A DNA stretch of 64,000 bases from Desulfosoma sp. (GTDB taxonomy: Bacteria; Desulfobacterota; Syntrophobacteria; Syntrophobacterales; DSM-9756). The stretch spans positions 32,214 through 96,213 of the forward strand of contig JBBFKW010000007.1 in NCBI GenBank assembly GCA_037481835.1. The letters are read 5' to 3'. Position 1 is the stretch's first letter, and each line of letters opens with the position of its first letter. The notes beneath the pieces are model-generated. The model did no database searches, was not told where the DNA came from, and saw only the letters and a list, made by a program, of their open reading frames with translations. The position numbers and the translations under genes are program-made. Of this stretch, positions 1 through 10,700 are shown piece by piece.

Positions 1-2739
1 GGTGTTCGCCCTGGATCCCGAGAAAGTGATCGAATCCGAACCTTGTGCCGGGCTTTGATTTCGTGCCGGATGGTCACGGTGGATATGGACGGCATCATGG
101 AGCGGGTTTCCGGCCGGCCGGGAATGGTGTCCAACCTTGTGGCCGTTTCCCCCATCTTGGACGCCTTGAGCGCAGCCGGCCTCCCCTTCGACTGGGCACA
201 GGACAAAGATGCGCTCGTCCAAGGCTTTCCCGATGCGGTTCTGAAAAATCCCAAGCTCCTCGGCCTCTATCGGGAAGCCATGGAAAGGGCTCGTCGCGAA
301 CGCCGCGAGTGGCCGTCCCCCGTTGCAGGAAATGGTGCCGGCAAAAGCGATTTCGGGGAAGCATCCGCGGGAGCCACACCGGCCTTTCCCGCTGGGCAAA
401 GCCGGGGGTGCGCGGAAGATCCCGGGGATGCGCTCATGATCATGGGTGGCACATTGGCGGGGATGGTTCTCTCCCAGATCGCCCTGCCGGAACACCCGCT
501 TTTTTACGTGGGATTCCCCATCACGCCCGCGGGCAATCCCTTCTATGCCATGGCGGAAGCTTTTGCCAACGGGCACCCTTATATCGTGGTCGATGAGCTG
601 AACCCGTCGGAAAAAGTGGCCGCGGAAAAGCTCTTGGGAGTGGCCCGAACGGGACTGTTTCTCCCCGTGACGTTTACGGCTTCCCAGGGCTGGCGGCTTT
701 TTACTGAAATCATCCCGCAGTTCGTCGGCGCTCGCTTGGAAGGTCTCTTTCTTTTGACAAAGAGGGCCCTTGCGGCGCCTAACCTCAACATCGAGGAAAG
801 CCATACCGATTTCATGACCTTTAGGGACGACGGCGGGATCATGCTGGCCCCCAAGAGCATTCAGGAATACGTCCCCTGTTTGTACCTGGCTCGGCTGCTC
901 ACTCACTTCGCCAAGCTCCCCGTCGTTCTTTCCATCGGCGGCATCACGGACACGCACAAGATCGGCCTGACCCGGGTGCCGCCCGACATCGTGGTGCGCC
1001 GCTGGCTTACGGAGACGCTGCAGGGATTCGATTTCTTGGAAGGGCGGATCGTCAATCCATCCGGCCACCGGGTGGTGCACGGTCCCAGCTGCACCGCCGC
1101 CACGTACCAGGAAACCCAAAGCGAAGTGGAAAAAGCCCACGCCATGGTGTGCCGGGTGTGGCCCTATGCGGTGGAAGCCGTGCGCCGGCTGACCGGGGTG
1201 GCTTTGAACCCGCTGGAAGTGCGGGTGGCCGGAACGGCCATGGAAGAAGCCGTCCCAGAGAGCGCTTCCTCCGTCGAAACTCTGCTCATGCTCCAAGGCT
1301 CTCTCTTCCCCAACGCCGTGGAAGCTTTGCAGGAATTGGAAGAAGAAGGCTGGCGGGCAATGGGCTGCGTGTCCGTGCGGCTCATGAACCCCTTCCCCGA
1401 AGAAGAGATCCAACATTGGATCGGCGGTCTCAGGGCTTTGGCGGTTTTGGATCGATCCAACAGTTTCGGGTCCGTCCCGCCGCTGGCTTCCCGCATTTTC
1501 AACGCGTGCGCCCGTCGCCGAAAGGATGGATCCAGAGCCGGGCCGATCGTTTTGAGAACTCTTGTGGGAGGTTTGGGCGGCCGGGAAATCACCGTGCCGG
1601 AAATGAAAGCTCTGATCCTTTCCACCCATCTTCTTTTCAGTCCATGGGAACCCTGGGAAGGTGAAGCCCTGGGACGATGGGTAGAGGAAGACGGCGCGCT
1701 TCGGGATTGGATCGAAGAATTGGCTGCTTTGGAGATGCGAGCTCTGGAACGGCATACACGGGTACCGAAGCCTGTCAAGGCCCAGGGGCCGGATGGAGAT
1801 CTGTTCTTCAAAGAGCGGATCCGCCGCCAGATTGTCCAACGGGACTATGTGGGCCTGCTCGCCCACTACAACCAGGTGGAATTCGTGGCGCCGAGAGAAG
1901 TTTACGGAGAGACGGCCCTGAGGCAGCAGCTGGTCATCGAGCTGGAAAAGCGCCTCGCTCGGCTGGCCGCCGAAAGCGGCCGCCGTGACTGGCGCCGTGC
2001 CTTGGTGCTCCTGCACTACGGGACTTCGGAGGAGGATCGCGAAAGAGCGCGAATCTTGCTTTCGGGATTGACCGAGGCCCCCTTTGCAGGGCGACTGCTG
2101 CGTCGCTACGGCCTGGACGGTGATGAGAGAGGAGGGCCCGTCGCGGCCCAAGCCCGCCCAATGGACCTTTCCTCGGGTGCGCCCGCCGTCCCGTGGACGT
2201 GCCTCCTTGAAGAGGAAGAAAGAAAGGCCGAAGCGCTTCCCGCCGTGGCCTACGAGGCGGAAGAAGCCGAGCGCATCGAAAGAGCGATTCGGAACCTTGT
2301 GGATCTTTCGAGCAGGCGGCCGCTGTTCCTCAACCCCGAAGACTACGATCGTCTCCTCCTGGAAGCCCTGGCTCACGAGGCGGATTCCCAGTGGGCCCGG
2401 ATCGTGACGGCCTCGGGGGAACCCTCGGCTTCCCAGCAGGAAGGATACCTGTGGACCTATCGGGATGTGATCGATCGATGCCTGCACCGCGAAGTTCTGG
2501 GGAAATTTTACGCTCCGGAAATTGAAGAGCTTTTCGACGGGCAGGGCCGGGATGGGCTTAGAAAACTTTTCGAAAGCCTCGAACCGTCCCTGGCCTTGGA
2601 AGAAAAGAAAAGGATCGTGGAAGAGCATTTGCGGCGCCGCATGTCCACTGAATGGACCAAGTCCCATGATTTTTATCTGGAAGTTTTCCGAACTTGGGTG
2701 TGGCCCGAAATCAGCGGACAGGGCGCAATGGGCACATAG
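1..2739 (+). CDS. 2-oxoacid:ferredoxin oxidoreductase subunit, gamma-like C-terminal part fused to PorA-type alpha domains, plus ~370-aa unknown C-terminal extension (5'-truncated by window edge)
   Basis: Frame is open from base 1. N-terminal VTVDMDGIMERVSGRPGMVSN resembles the end of a POR gamma domain. Alpha motifs present: GFPITP (YPITP-like), SEKVAA, TASQG, KRALAAPNLNI..SHTD, LDRSNSFG, GLGGREIT. Confidence 0.8.
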   Translation, partial: GVRPGSRESDRIRTLCRALISCRMVTVDMDGIMERVSGRPGMVSNLVAVSPILDALSAAGLPFDWAQDKDALVQGFPDAVLKNPKLLGLYREAMERARRERREWPSPVAGNGAGKSDFGEASAGATPAFPAGQSRGCAEDPGDALMIMGGTLAGMVLSQIALPEHPLFYVGFPITPAGNPFYAMAEAFANGHPYIVVDELNPSEKVAAEKLLGVARTGLFLPVTFTASQGWRLFTEIIPQFVGARLEGLFLLTKRALAAPNLNIEESHTDFMTFRDDGGIMLAPKSIQEYVPCLYLARLLTHFAKLPVVLSIGGITDTHKIGLTRVPPDIVVRRWLTETLQGFDFLEGRIVNPSGHRVVHGPSCTAATYQETQSEVEKAHAMVCRVWPYAVEAVRRLTGVALNPLEVRVAGTAMEEAVPESASSVETLLMLQGSLFPNAVEALQELEEEGWRAMGCVSVRLMNPFPEEEIQHWIGGLRALAVLDRSNSFGSVPPLASRIFNACARRRKDGSRAGPIVLRTLVGGLGGREITVPEMKALILSTHLLFSPWEPWEGEALGRWVEEDGALRDWIEELAALEMRALERHTRVPKPVKAQGPDGDLFFKERIRRQIVQRDYVGLLAHYNQVEFVAPREVYGETALRQQLVIELEKRLARLAAESGRRDWRRALVLLHYGTSEEDRERARILLSGLTEAPFAGRLLRRYGLDGDERGGPVAAQARPMDLSSGAPAVPWTCLLEEEERKAEALPAVAYEAEEAERIERAIRNLVDLSSRRPLFLNPEDYDRLLLEALAHEADSQWARIVTASGEPSASQQEGYLWTYRDVIDRCLHREVLGKFYAPEIEELFDGQGRDGLRKLFESLEPSLALEEKKRIVEEHLRRRMSTEWTKSHDFYLEVFRTWVWPEISGQGAMGT

Positions 2740-2753
2740 GACGGGGGGCGACC

Positions 2754-5700
2754 ATGGGCATGGAAGGACTCAGCTCGCAGTATTCCCTGGAACAATTCTA
2801 TGCGGAGCTTTCCACAGACCAGGAACGAGCCTTTCACAAGACGGCGCGAGACGTCACCGCGGCTTTGGCCGAACGCTTCCGGTTCCGGGATGCCGTTCGG
2901 GACGTGCACAACGCTGTGGAACAAGCTCTCGTCGCCCTGCGAAAAATCGACATGGCTTGGGACAGCGCCCCCGAAGGGGCGTGCCTGCGGGTTTTTCGCA
3001 GGAAATGGTTCGAGGCGGCGCCTCTTGTGGAACATGTCCGACGTGTGGGTTTTTTTTCAACACACCCCGTGGATCTTCTCCCCTGGGTCCGATGGTTCCT
3101 CCTTGTGGAAAACTACCATCGGACGGACCCTGTCCACCACGACCGCCGGTTGGACCGCCTGCGCTTCCTCAAGACCGAAAATCCCCACGCCCCGTGCATC
3201 AGCCACGAAGATGTGCTTCTGTGGCTCGAACACCAGCTTCTTGTCCACGAACGCGAGCCCTTGTCCGCGATCGCTGAAAAATGCGCCGAGCAGCTCCGAA
3301 ACCGGTTGGATGAAACCCTCAGGCCCCACACGGCCCTCGATGCTTTCTTTTTCGTCCTGTTGCGATGCCACCAGTTTTGTCTGGCTGAAACCATGACCGA
3401 AGACGATGCGAGGCGTCTTCAAACCGTCCTGGGATGGCGCCGGTTCCTCTCTCTGACGGATCTCATGCTCGTGGTCATCCATCGGGTCCTCGATCGGGAA
3501 CCTTTGCCGGACGCCGTGACGGTTCTCGATGAGCTGATGGCGGATGGGTTCCAGATTCGCCATGCGAGCTTCAAAGACCCGTACGAAGCGGATGTGGTGG
3601 CCGCGGAAGATACGGCCCGCTTCGATGAGACGACGATCCGGCTGTTCGCATCGGTGGATAAGCTTCACGGCATTTTGGAAAGAGATTGCGCGGCGGTCTT
3701 CCAAGAATGGCAGGCTCGGCGGGGAAAGGTTTTGGACGAGCTTGAGGAGGAGATTTGCGAGCTGAGGGAGATGATCGCCAACCCGCTGCCTCGAAAACAC
3801 CTCATCGGCCGAACCATTCGATTGCTAACGTCCTGGTGCTTGGCTCACGGGAAGCCGGGTGACGAGGCCTGGGAAAACATGTCGTCCGAAGAAGGCCTTA
3901 GAGCGCTCGTCGATCGGGTTCGGGCGTCTTTTCCCGAAGGGGTTCTCAAGGCTTTGGTGCGCCAGCGGCGCGGGTATGAATTGACCACTCGAAAAGAGCT
4001 GGCCCTTCGGATCGAAAGGGAATGCCGCCTGCAGTGGGAAAGTTTTCGAAAAGAGCCGGGTTCTCGAGCCTACGGGGAGGTTGATTTCCGGATTGCTGAG
4101 CGCGTTCGGGCCTTGGCTTCGGGGCCGGTCCCACCGGAAAAGGGTGATGCGGACGCACTCAAGGTCGAAACCCTTGCCGGCTTGGCCGACCTAATCCGGC
4201 GGCGCAAGATTTCCGATGAGGCGGTTTCGTCGTCGTTATGCTTGGGATTGGACGTGTTTTTCCCCACCATGGGAACGCCTTTGGAATTTGTGGAAAGCCT
4301 AAGAGACTTGGTACCTTACGAAGAATTGTGCAACCGCGCTCCGTCGGCGCAAAAGGGCGGACCGGAGGAGGCTGTGGCCTTGTACGAGAGAACCCTGGCC
4401 CGTTTTGCCGGGGCGTTCTACCGATTCGTTGTTGCCCAGGGCAAGAAGGAGGCCGGCCTGCCGCTTGAGCTTTCTTTAAGCGAAATTCCTGAACTGGCGG
4501 CGGTGATGGTCCCTCCGTGGGGTGCCCTGACCGAGGGGTTGCTGCGCAGTGCCGTCCGTAAATTTCAGCATCAATCGGCGCCTCTTTACCGCCGCCGGAA
4601 GAATCCCATCTGCTTGGATGAAGAAGAATTCGGCGTGCACCTGGCTCATTTCGTCATGTGCGAGCTCAAGGCCGATGTGAAGCACTCCGCCGAAACGGGG
4701 ACCCTGGCTGCGGTGCGAAAAGCCGTGACGGAGGAAGCTCTTCGGGTCGTCGTTCCGGACCGCGTCCGAACCCTCACGAGCCCGGAAAGATTCCTACTTC
4801 AATGGGCGGGGATCTTGGACTCCCGGCAGGGCGCCGAAGAGCTGCAGAGAGCCGTGGCGGGGGCTCTTCCCGGCTTGGACTGCGGTGCGTGTGGGGAAAG
4901 CCGATGCGCCTCCTTTGCCCAGGGACTCCTCCAAGGGCGGCGTCGCATCCGCGAGTGCGTACATCTCAGCCCCGCGGGGCAGCGGCACATCGAGGCCATG
5001 GTGCAGGAACATCTCTCCAAAGTCTCGCGAGGAAACGGTGTCGGATCGGCCTACGAACTTTTCCGGAATCCGGCCCTGTGGAGGCGTCTGCCGAAAGCGG
5101 ACCCATTGAGGCGTTCGGTAGTCAAGGTGGTAGATGTGGGCCGACAAGAGGAGCGGCGTCGGGTCATGGATCACGCTTTCCGGAGCTGGCAGGGGCTCGA
5201 TTCCAAGCCGGACGTTTACAAGAGGCCGGACCCGGAGGCTTTTTATCAAGCTCTTGTGGAAACCATCGGGTATGAGGCCACCGAAAGGATTCGCCCCGAG
5301 GAACGCCGGTGGTTGGCCGAGCACGGCCGAATCCGCCTGGAGAAGGAACTGGAAAAGCTGGAGAAGCGCACGGATTGGCTCACGCTGGAGCGGCTCCTCA
5401 TTTCCGGCGGGCCTTCGAGCCTTGAGGCGGATCCCGAAACCCAAGCCCTGCGCGCCTATGAGGCGATGGCCTACCTGCATCAGCTGCACGAGGACGACCG
5501 ACGGCGCCTTTTGGTCCATCGCCTGGAAAGCTTCGAAGAGGGGTTTTCCCAGTGGTGGAATCAAGATCTCCTCACCATGAACCACCCCCGCTACCGGATC
5601 GATAACTGGGAAGAATTTTCCAAGGTCATCAAGAACGCCTTTTGGCATCAGGAAAATTTCCCGCCGCCCCGGCGTGTGGCGGAAGAGCTCTTGGAGCACA

Positions 5701-7619
5701 TGGAGCAGAGCGGCGAAAAGGAAGTCTTTTTCCGGGATGTGCTGTCTTCATGGGTCCAGGACTTTCGGGGGGCGGGGGATCTTTTCCCGCAAGGGCGGAG
5801 GGACGAGGCGGGAACCGACCGCCGGGAAATCGAAAACTTGTCCGATCTGCGCCGGATTTTGGCTCGGTTGTGCCGGGATACGAGGCCTGCCGCCGAAAAG
5901 GCGGACTTTTCCGCATCGGTGCCGGGTTCAACCCGCCGTCGCATCGACGCCGTTTGGAAGGCCTTTCAAAAGTCGCCCGTGACTTTCGCGGCGACCTTTT
6001 CCCTGTCCGACGGGGATTTCACCGACCTGGAAAAACAGCATGTGAGGGATCGCCTCGGGGGGCAGCTCCCGGCGGATCTTTCCCTGGTGCCGTCCATGGC
6101 CGGAGGCCTTGAAGCTCTCGTGCTGGGATTGATCGGCGCCCTGCTGGAACAACAGGATCATCAAAGGCGGTTGGCTGCCCTGACGGAAGAAGCCGTGCGC
6201 TGCGAACAGGCCGAAAAGCTTCCGCAGGAAGCTGTGCGGGCGTGGATTTTCGAGGCCCTGGAGGCAGGCCATGAACCTCGGCAGATTCTGGAAAAAGTGC
6301 TGGGGTGGTTTCACCAGTTTCCCCTGTGGAAAGACCGGATCCTCGTGGATGCGCTCCAGAAGATGGTGAGCCTGACCCGCTGGCGAAACCTCCTGGAAAC
6401 TTTCCCGGGGGTGGTTCTGGAAGGGATTCCTGCGGAAGTCAGGGAAAGCTACGCGCGAACGTTTTCTCGATGGATGGAAAGGGTCGCAGAGGCCGTAGGG
6501 CGATTAGGGGATTTTGATCGAGAACGGCTGCTTTACTACCTATTTGTTCTGGCCAAGAGGGAAGGCGATTTGGACGTCATCACGGCCCTTTTGCGGGAAA
6601 TCCGGGAGACGTCGGATGTCATCGAGGCGGCGTGGCTGCAGTTCACCAACGATCGGCTGACGGAAGTTCTGCCCGCCCCTCCGACCAAGGGCCTGGAAGC
6701 TCGCTACAGCCTGCTGATCAACCGCCTCAAGGACCTGGAACCCGTGTGTCGAGGTCTGATGCAAGGCCTGTCTCGAAGCGAAAAACCTGATGTGGCGGCG
6801 GCGGTGCGCGAACTGCAGCTCTACATGCGATTTCACATGGTTCGCGATGAGGCCGAAGCCATGGATGCGGACGCCTGTTTCGAAACTTTTTGGGAGGAAG
6901 GCTACAACCTGGAAGGGTTGGACAAGGAAACGCTCCGTCAGGCTTTCCTGGCGGAATGGAAAAACCGGGAACGATGGCGAAAAGACCGGGTGTGGCTCAT
7001 GACCATGGCCGTCGCCCGAAGGCTTGCATCCCAGAGCCATGAGCTCTACGAGGCGGACAAGGCTTTTGCCAAAATGCGCCAGGGCCTTCTCAAGGAGGAT
7101 GGACCTGAAGAAGGCCGGGATGTGTGCCGGCGCCGGGGAATCGCCCTGGGCACGGTCAAGGAAGCCATGTACCGCGAGTTGTCCGAACTCTTGGAAAGGG
7201 AACGGATGGATTCCTTCAGGACGCGTATTCGCCAGATCGTGCATCAGTTGGACCGCAAAAGATTGCGGATCGTGCAGGCCTGGTTTTCGGGATCCATCGA
7301 CCGCTACAGCGTTTTCCACGTGCTCAGGCAGTATCAGAAGCGGGCTGAGCCGCCGAGCGACGACGATTTTCGAGAGTTTTTCATGGAACAGTGGTTTCGG
7401 CGTGTGGACCGGCTGCGGGAATCGGATCGCGCGGACCGCGACGATCGGATTCGAGAAGTGGATGAAGGATTTCACGCCCTCTTGGGGGTGTCTCCTCTGG
7501 CGCTGGAAAAAGAAGCGGCAAAGGAGGCAGCCGAGGCCTGGAAGTCCTGGATCCGAGAGACCGAAGAAGAGATCCGTCGTAGGCTGATTGCGGACGAGGT
7601 GCCTACGGCGCCCTTATGA
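2754..7619 (+). CDS. Very large (~1620 aa) hypothetical protein with internal RnfB/AcsC-type [4Fe-4S] motif
   Basis: Long ORF starting 14 nt after the previous stop, purine-rich RBS-like GGACGGGGGG before ATG 2754. Motif LPGLDCGACGESRCASFAQGLLQG-x6-CVHL at ~4866-4967. The rest is unrecognised and looks helical/charged. Confidence 0.75.
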   Translation: MGMEGLSSQYSLEQFYAELSTDQERAFHKTARDVTAALAERFRFRDAVRDVHNAVEQALVALRKIDMAWDSAPEGACLRVFRRKWFEAAPLVEHVRRVGFFSTHPVDLLPWVRWFLLVENYHRTDPVHHDRRLDRLRFLKTENPHAPCISHEDVLLWLEHQLLVHEREPLSAIAEKCAEQLRNRLDETLRPHTALDAFFFVLLRCHQFCLAETMTEDDARRLQTVLGWRRFLSLTDLMLVVIHRVLDREPLPDAVTVLDELMADGFQIRHASFKDPYEADVVAAEDTARFDETTIRLFASVDKLHGILERDCAAVFQEWQARRGKVLDELEEEICELREMIANPLPRKHLIGRTIRLLTSWCLAHGKPGDEAWENMSSEEGLRALVDRVRASFPEGVLKALVRQRRGYELTTRKELALRIERECRLQWESFRKEPGSRAYGEVDFRIAERVRALASGPVPPEKGDADALKVETLAGLADLIRRRKISDEAVSSSLCLGLDVFFPTMGTPLEFVESLRDLVPYEELCNRAPSAQKGGPEEAVALYERTLARFAGAFYRFVVAQGKKEAGLPLELSLSEIPELAAVMVPPWGALTEGLLRSAVRKFQHQSAPLYRRRKNPICLDEEEFGVHLAHFVMCELKADVKHSAETGTLAAVRKAVTEEALRVVVPDRVRTLTSPERFLLQWAGILDSRQGAEELQRAVAGALPGLDCGACGESRCASFAQGLLQGRRRIRECVHLSPAGQRHIEAMVQEHLSKVSRGNGVGSAYELFRNPALWRRLPKADPLRRSVVKVVDVGRQEERRRVMDHAFRSWQGLDSKPDVYKRPDPEAFYQALVETIGYEATERIRPEERRWLAEHGRIRLEKELEKLEKRTDWLTLERLLISGGPSSLEADPETQALRAYEAMAYLHQLHEDDRRRLLVHRLESFEEGFSQWWNQDLLTMNHPRYRIDNWEEFSKVIKNAFWHQENFPPPRRVAEELLEHMEQSGEKEVFFRDVLSSWVQDFRGAGDLFPQGRRDEAGTDRREIENLSDLRRILARLCRDTRPAAEKADFSASVPGSTRRRIDAVWKAFQKSPVTFAATFSLSDGDFTDLEKQHVRDRLGGQLPADLSLVPSMAGGLEALVLGLIGALLEQQDHQRRLAALTEEAVRCEQAEKLPQEAVRAWIFEALEAGHEPRQILEKVLGWFHQFPLWKDRILVDALQKMVSLTRWRNLLETFPGVVLEGIPAEVRESYARTFSRWMERVAEAVGRLGDFDRERLLYYLFVLAKREGDLDVITALLREIRETSDVIEAAWLQFTNDRLTEVLPAPPTKGLEARYSLLINRLKDLEPVCRGLMQGLSRSEKPDVAAAVRELQLYMRFHMVRDEAEAMDADACFETFWEEGYNLEGLDKETLRQAFLAEWKNRERWRKDRVWLMTMAVARRLASQSHELYEADKAFAKMRQGLLKEDGPEEGRDVCRRRGIALGTVKEAMYRELSELLERERMDSFRTRIRQIVHQLDRKRLRIVQAWFSGSIDRYSVFHVLRQYQKRAEPPSDDDFREFFMEQWFRRVDRLRESDRADRDDRIREVDEGFHALLGVSPLALEKEAAKEAAEAWKSWIRETEEEIRRRLIADEVPTAPL

Positions 7620-7728
7620 AAAAGGCCGCACCCTTATTTTCCGCCCTTTTCGACCTCGGCGGGTCGTCACGGCGTGATGAACGCCGCGGCCGGCCACGGA
7701 AAAGAAGAATATTCAAGGAGTCGTCGCC

Positions 7729-10700
7729 ATGAGCGCCTATCAACCTTTGGACCCGAACATGACATGTCGTCCCTCGTGGTGGGTGGAACGTCTTCGGTGC
7801 GTTTCGGGCCGCCCAGTTCCAGTTCGGGACACGCGCATCCCGAAAGACGGGAAACCTCTGGCGGCGGTCGTCGGTGCCCTTCGGGCAGGATTGGACGAGC
7901 TGCGGTTGCTTGTAGGGGCGGATTCGGAGGCTTTCCGGGGTTTTGTCGAAGGGCTGCGCGCCGAGGCCTTGGGACCGTGGGGAGAGGATCCTGAGCGCCG
8001 TTTGGTCGGGCTGGTTAAAGAGGCTTTGGGGCGAAGGGATTGGCGCGAAAAAGACATCATCGACATGATTCTCGCCTATCTCACGGCGCTGGGTCCTTCG
8101 CTGCCCGAAGATGTGAGAATGTCTTGGGAAAGGTTGGAAAGGGCGGCGAAGGCGCGCAACGGTGCCGAGCGCACGCTCATGGAAGGCCTCATCAGCGAAG
8201 CGCGGGGGCGTCTTGGCGGCTTGGCGTGGGCCCGGGAGCATGCCTTGGAAAAAGGACCCCGTGAGGGCGCCTTCGGCCTTTCTTCCCTTCGATGGCTTCG
8301 AGAAACACTGGCCGCCATGACGGGATGCGCCGGCGATCTCGCCGACCGTTCCGATGAGGAGTTGGCGCGCCTGAGTCCGGCCGAGATATGGCAGGATTTG
8401 GACGAGGCTTTGACGAAAGCCTGGGGGAAAACGGGCCGGAGCTTTCCCGTCAAAGATTTGGAAAAAGCTTCCTTGTATCTCATGGAGGACATGGGAGCGA
8501 GGAGTCCCAACCATCGGTTCTTCATCCGTTTTCTCATTGAAGACGAAGCGGCCTATCGGCGCCTCTTGAGAACCTGTTACGCCGACGAAACGGTGCAGAG
8601 GGCCTGTTTGGATCAGGAATGCGAGCGGTTCAACCGTCTTCCGGAACATGCGGCCCACCGGGTGTTCTACGACGCCGACGAAAAAACGTGGTGGCTTAAA
8701 GCGTTTTTCCTCAGGCCGGACGTGGTGCACTGTTTCGTGGAACGGGAAAGAGCCAAGGATATTTACCATGTCCTCGCGGGACTGGAACCTAAAGCCTATC
8801 TGCCTCGGGTGCTCCATGAAGTTCAAGGGCTTTTCGGGTATGTGACACCGGAGGCGTGCCGCCACATCGTCCAGCGCCTCGGCTTGGATCCCGAAGACGT
8901 TCTTCGGGTGATCGCCTCCTACAAGCAGTACAGCGCCGATCCCTCGGGGGACATCATCATCTACGTGTGCAAGGGAACAGCGTGTTTTCTCCGCGGCCAG
9001 CCTGAACTGTCGCGTCGGCTCACTGAGGAAATCGGGGCGGAAGTGGACGCCGTGGGCCGCTACGGGGTGCAGTATGTGGAGATGGATTGTTTCGGGGTGT
9101 GCCATCTGGCTCCCGTGGTGCGCGCCGGAAATCGTTTCTATGGAAAGCAAAAGGCGGAAGATATTCCCCGGCTGGTGAATAGCCTCATCCAGGGCCCCGA
9201 CTACGAAAACCGGCAACGGTTCGTGTCGCGCCTTTTGGAAAAGATGCGTGCCGACAGCGTCAGCGAGCCCGTGGATGCTTTGAGGGTCGAATCCGTGGGA
9301 AAATTTTCCAAAGTCGACCGCTTGGGAGTGCGGGAAGAGGGCGCGTGGGACGATTCTTTGGAGGGATGTTCGGTAATTTTGGACGACAAGGGCGCTGTTT
9401 CCATACTCCTACCGGACGGTTTCGCGCACGGCGTAGGCCGACTGGTCCCTCGGGTTCTTCCTTTCATCATGCGGGATGCGGACGGTTTCAATCGTTTCGG
9501 CGCCGTCGTTCTCGATGATCATCGTCGGGCGGCACGGGTGTTGGGCGTGCCCGACCTGACGGACGAGGAGGTGATCCGGGGCGCGCTTCGTCCGACGGCT
9601 CGAGTCGTGGACGGCCGCGTGGTGCTCTCTTCCCATGAAAAGACCGTGGTGCTGGGCCCTTATACGGATCGGGTGCTCATCGCCGACGCCCCTGATGCCT
9701 ACGTCGCCGTTGTTTTGGCGGAAGGAGGTGCTTCAGGTCCTTTCGTCGAAACCGAAGCAAGAGGCCCTGACAGGGTTGCGTCCGAAGAGGCCTCTTTCCG
9801 GGCGGGCCAAGACCGGGTTGTTTTGGATTTCGCCGCTGCAGGGCGTCCGTCCTGCATGGCGTCCTATCGAGCGGCGGGGGGCTATGAGTCGGTCTACCGG
9901 GTGCTGGGATTTCGCGGGGAGCCCCCGTGGGATCCGGAACGGATCATCGCGGAAGTGCGGGACGCGAAGCTTCGGGGACGGGGCGGGGCGGGCTTTCCCA
10001 CGGGACGCAAGTGGGAAGCCATGTTACGGGCCGTGTGTCGGATCGATCCCGAAGACGGCAACCAAGACCCGGTGAAACTCATCGTGGCCAACGGCGACGA
10101 AGGAGACCCGGGGGCCTTCATGGACCGCACGCTCATCGAGGAAAAACCCCATCAGGTTCTGGAAGGAATGATCTTGGCCGCCGTTGCCGTGGGCGCCCGC
10201 TACGGGGTGATCTATGTGCGAAAAGAGTATGAAGACGCCGTGAGAAGCCTGGAGGACGCGCTTTTCGAGGCACGGCGCTGCGGGTTTCTCGGGCGGGATA
10301 TTTTTGGAGTGTCCGGATTGCACTTTGACGTGGAAATCCGATTGGGGGCCGGGGCGTTCGTGGCCGGAGAGAAGCGGGCCATCATGCGGGCCATTGAAGG
10401 AAAGCCTGCAGAACCCACCATCAAGGCCCCGTCCAACACCGTGCGCGGGCTTTGGGGAAAGCCCACACTGCTCAACAACGTGGAAACCTTTGCCAATGTC
10501 CCCGTCATTCTTCACCGAGGGAGCGCCTGGTATGCCCGGCTGGGCACGTCCCGAAGCGGCGGGACCAAAATCTTTTCCGTCGCCGGCATTGTCAAGAAAA
10601 CCGGGCTCGTGGAAGTCCGCTTCGGCAAGACCCTTGGGGATGTCATCGAAATCTGCGGCGGAATCCAGGACGGAAAGAAACTCTCCGGAGTCCAGATCGG

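Noticed and set aside
7603..9216. 537-aa minus-strand ORF, and similar long antisense ORFs (e.g. 33725-35020, 48602-49906, 58868-60139)
   Set aside because: They overlap well-supported genes on the opposite strand; expected in high-GC DNA; no recognisable domains.
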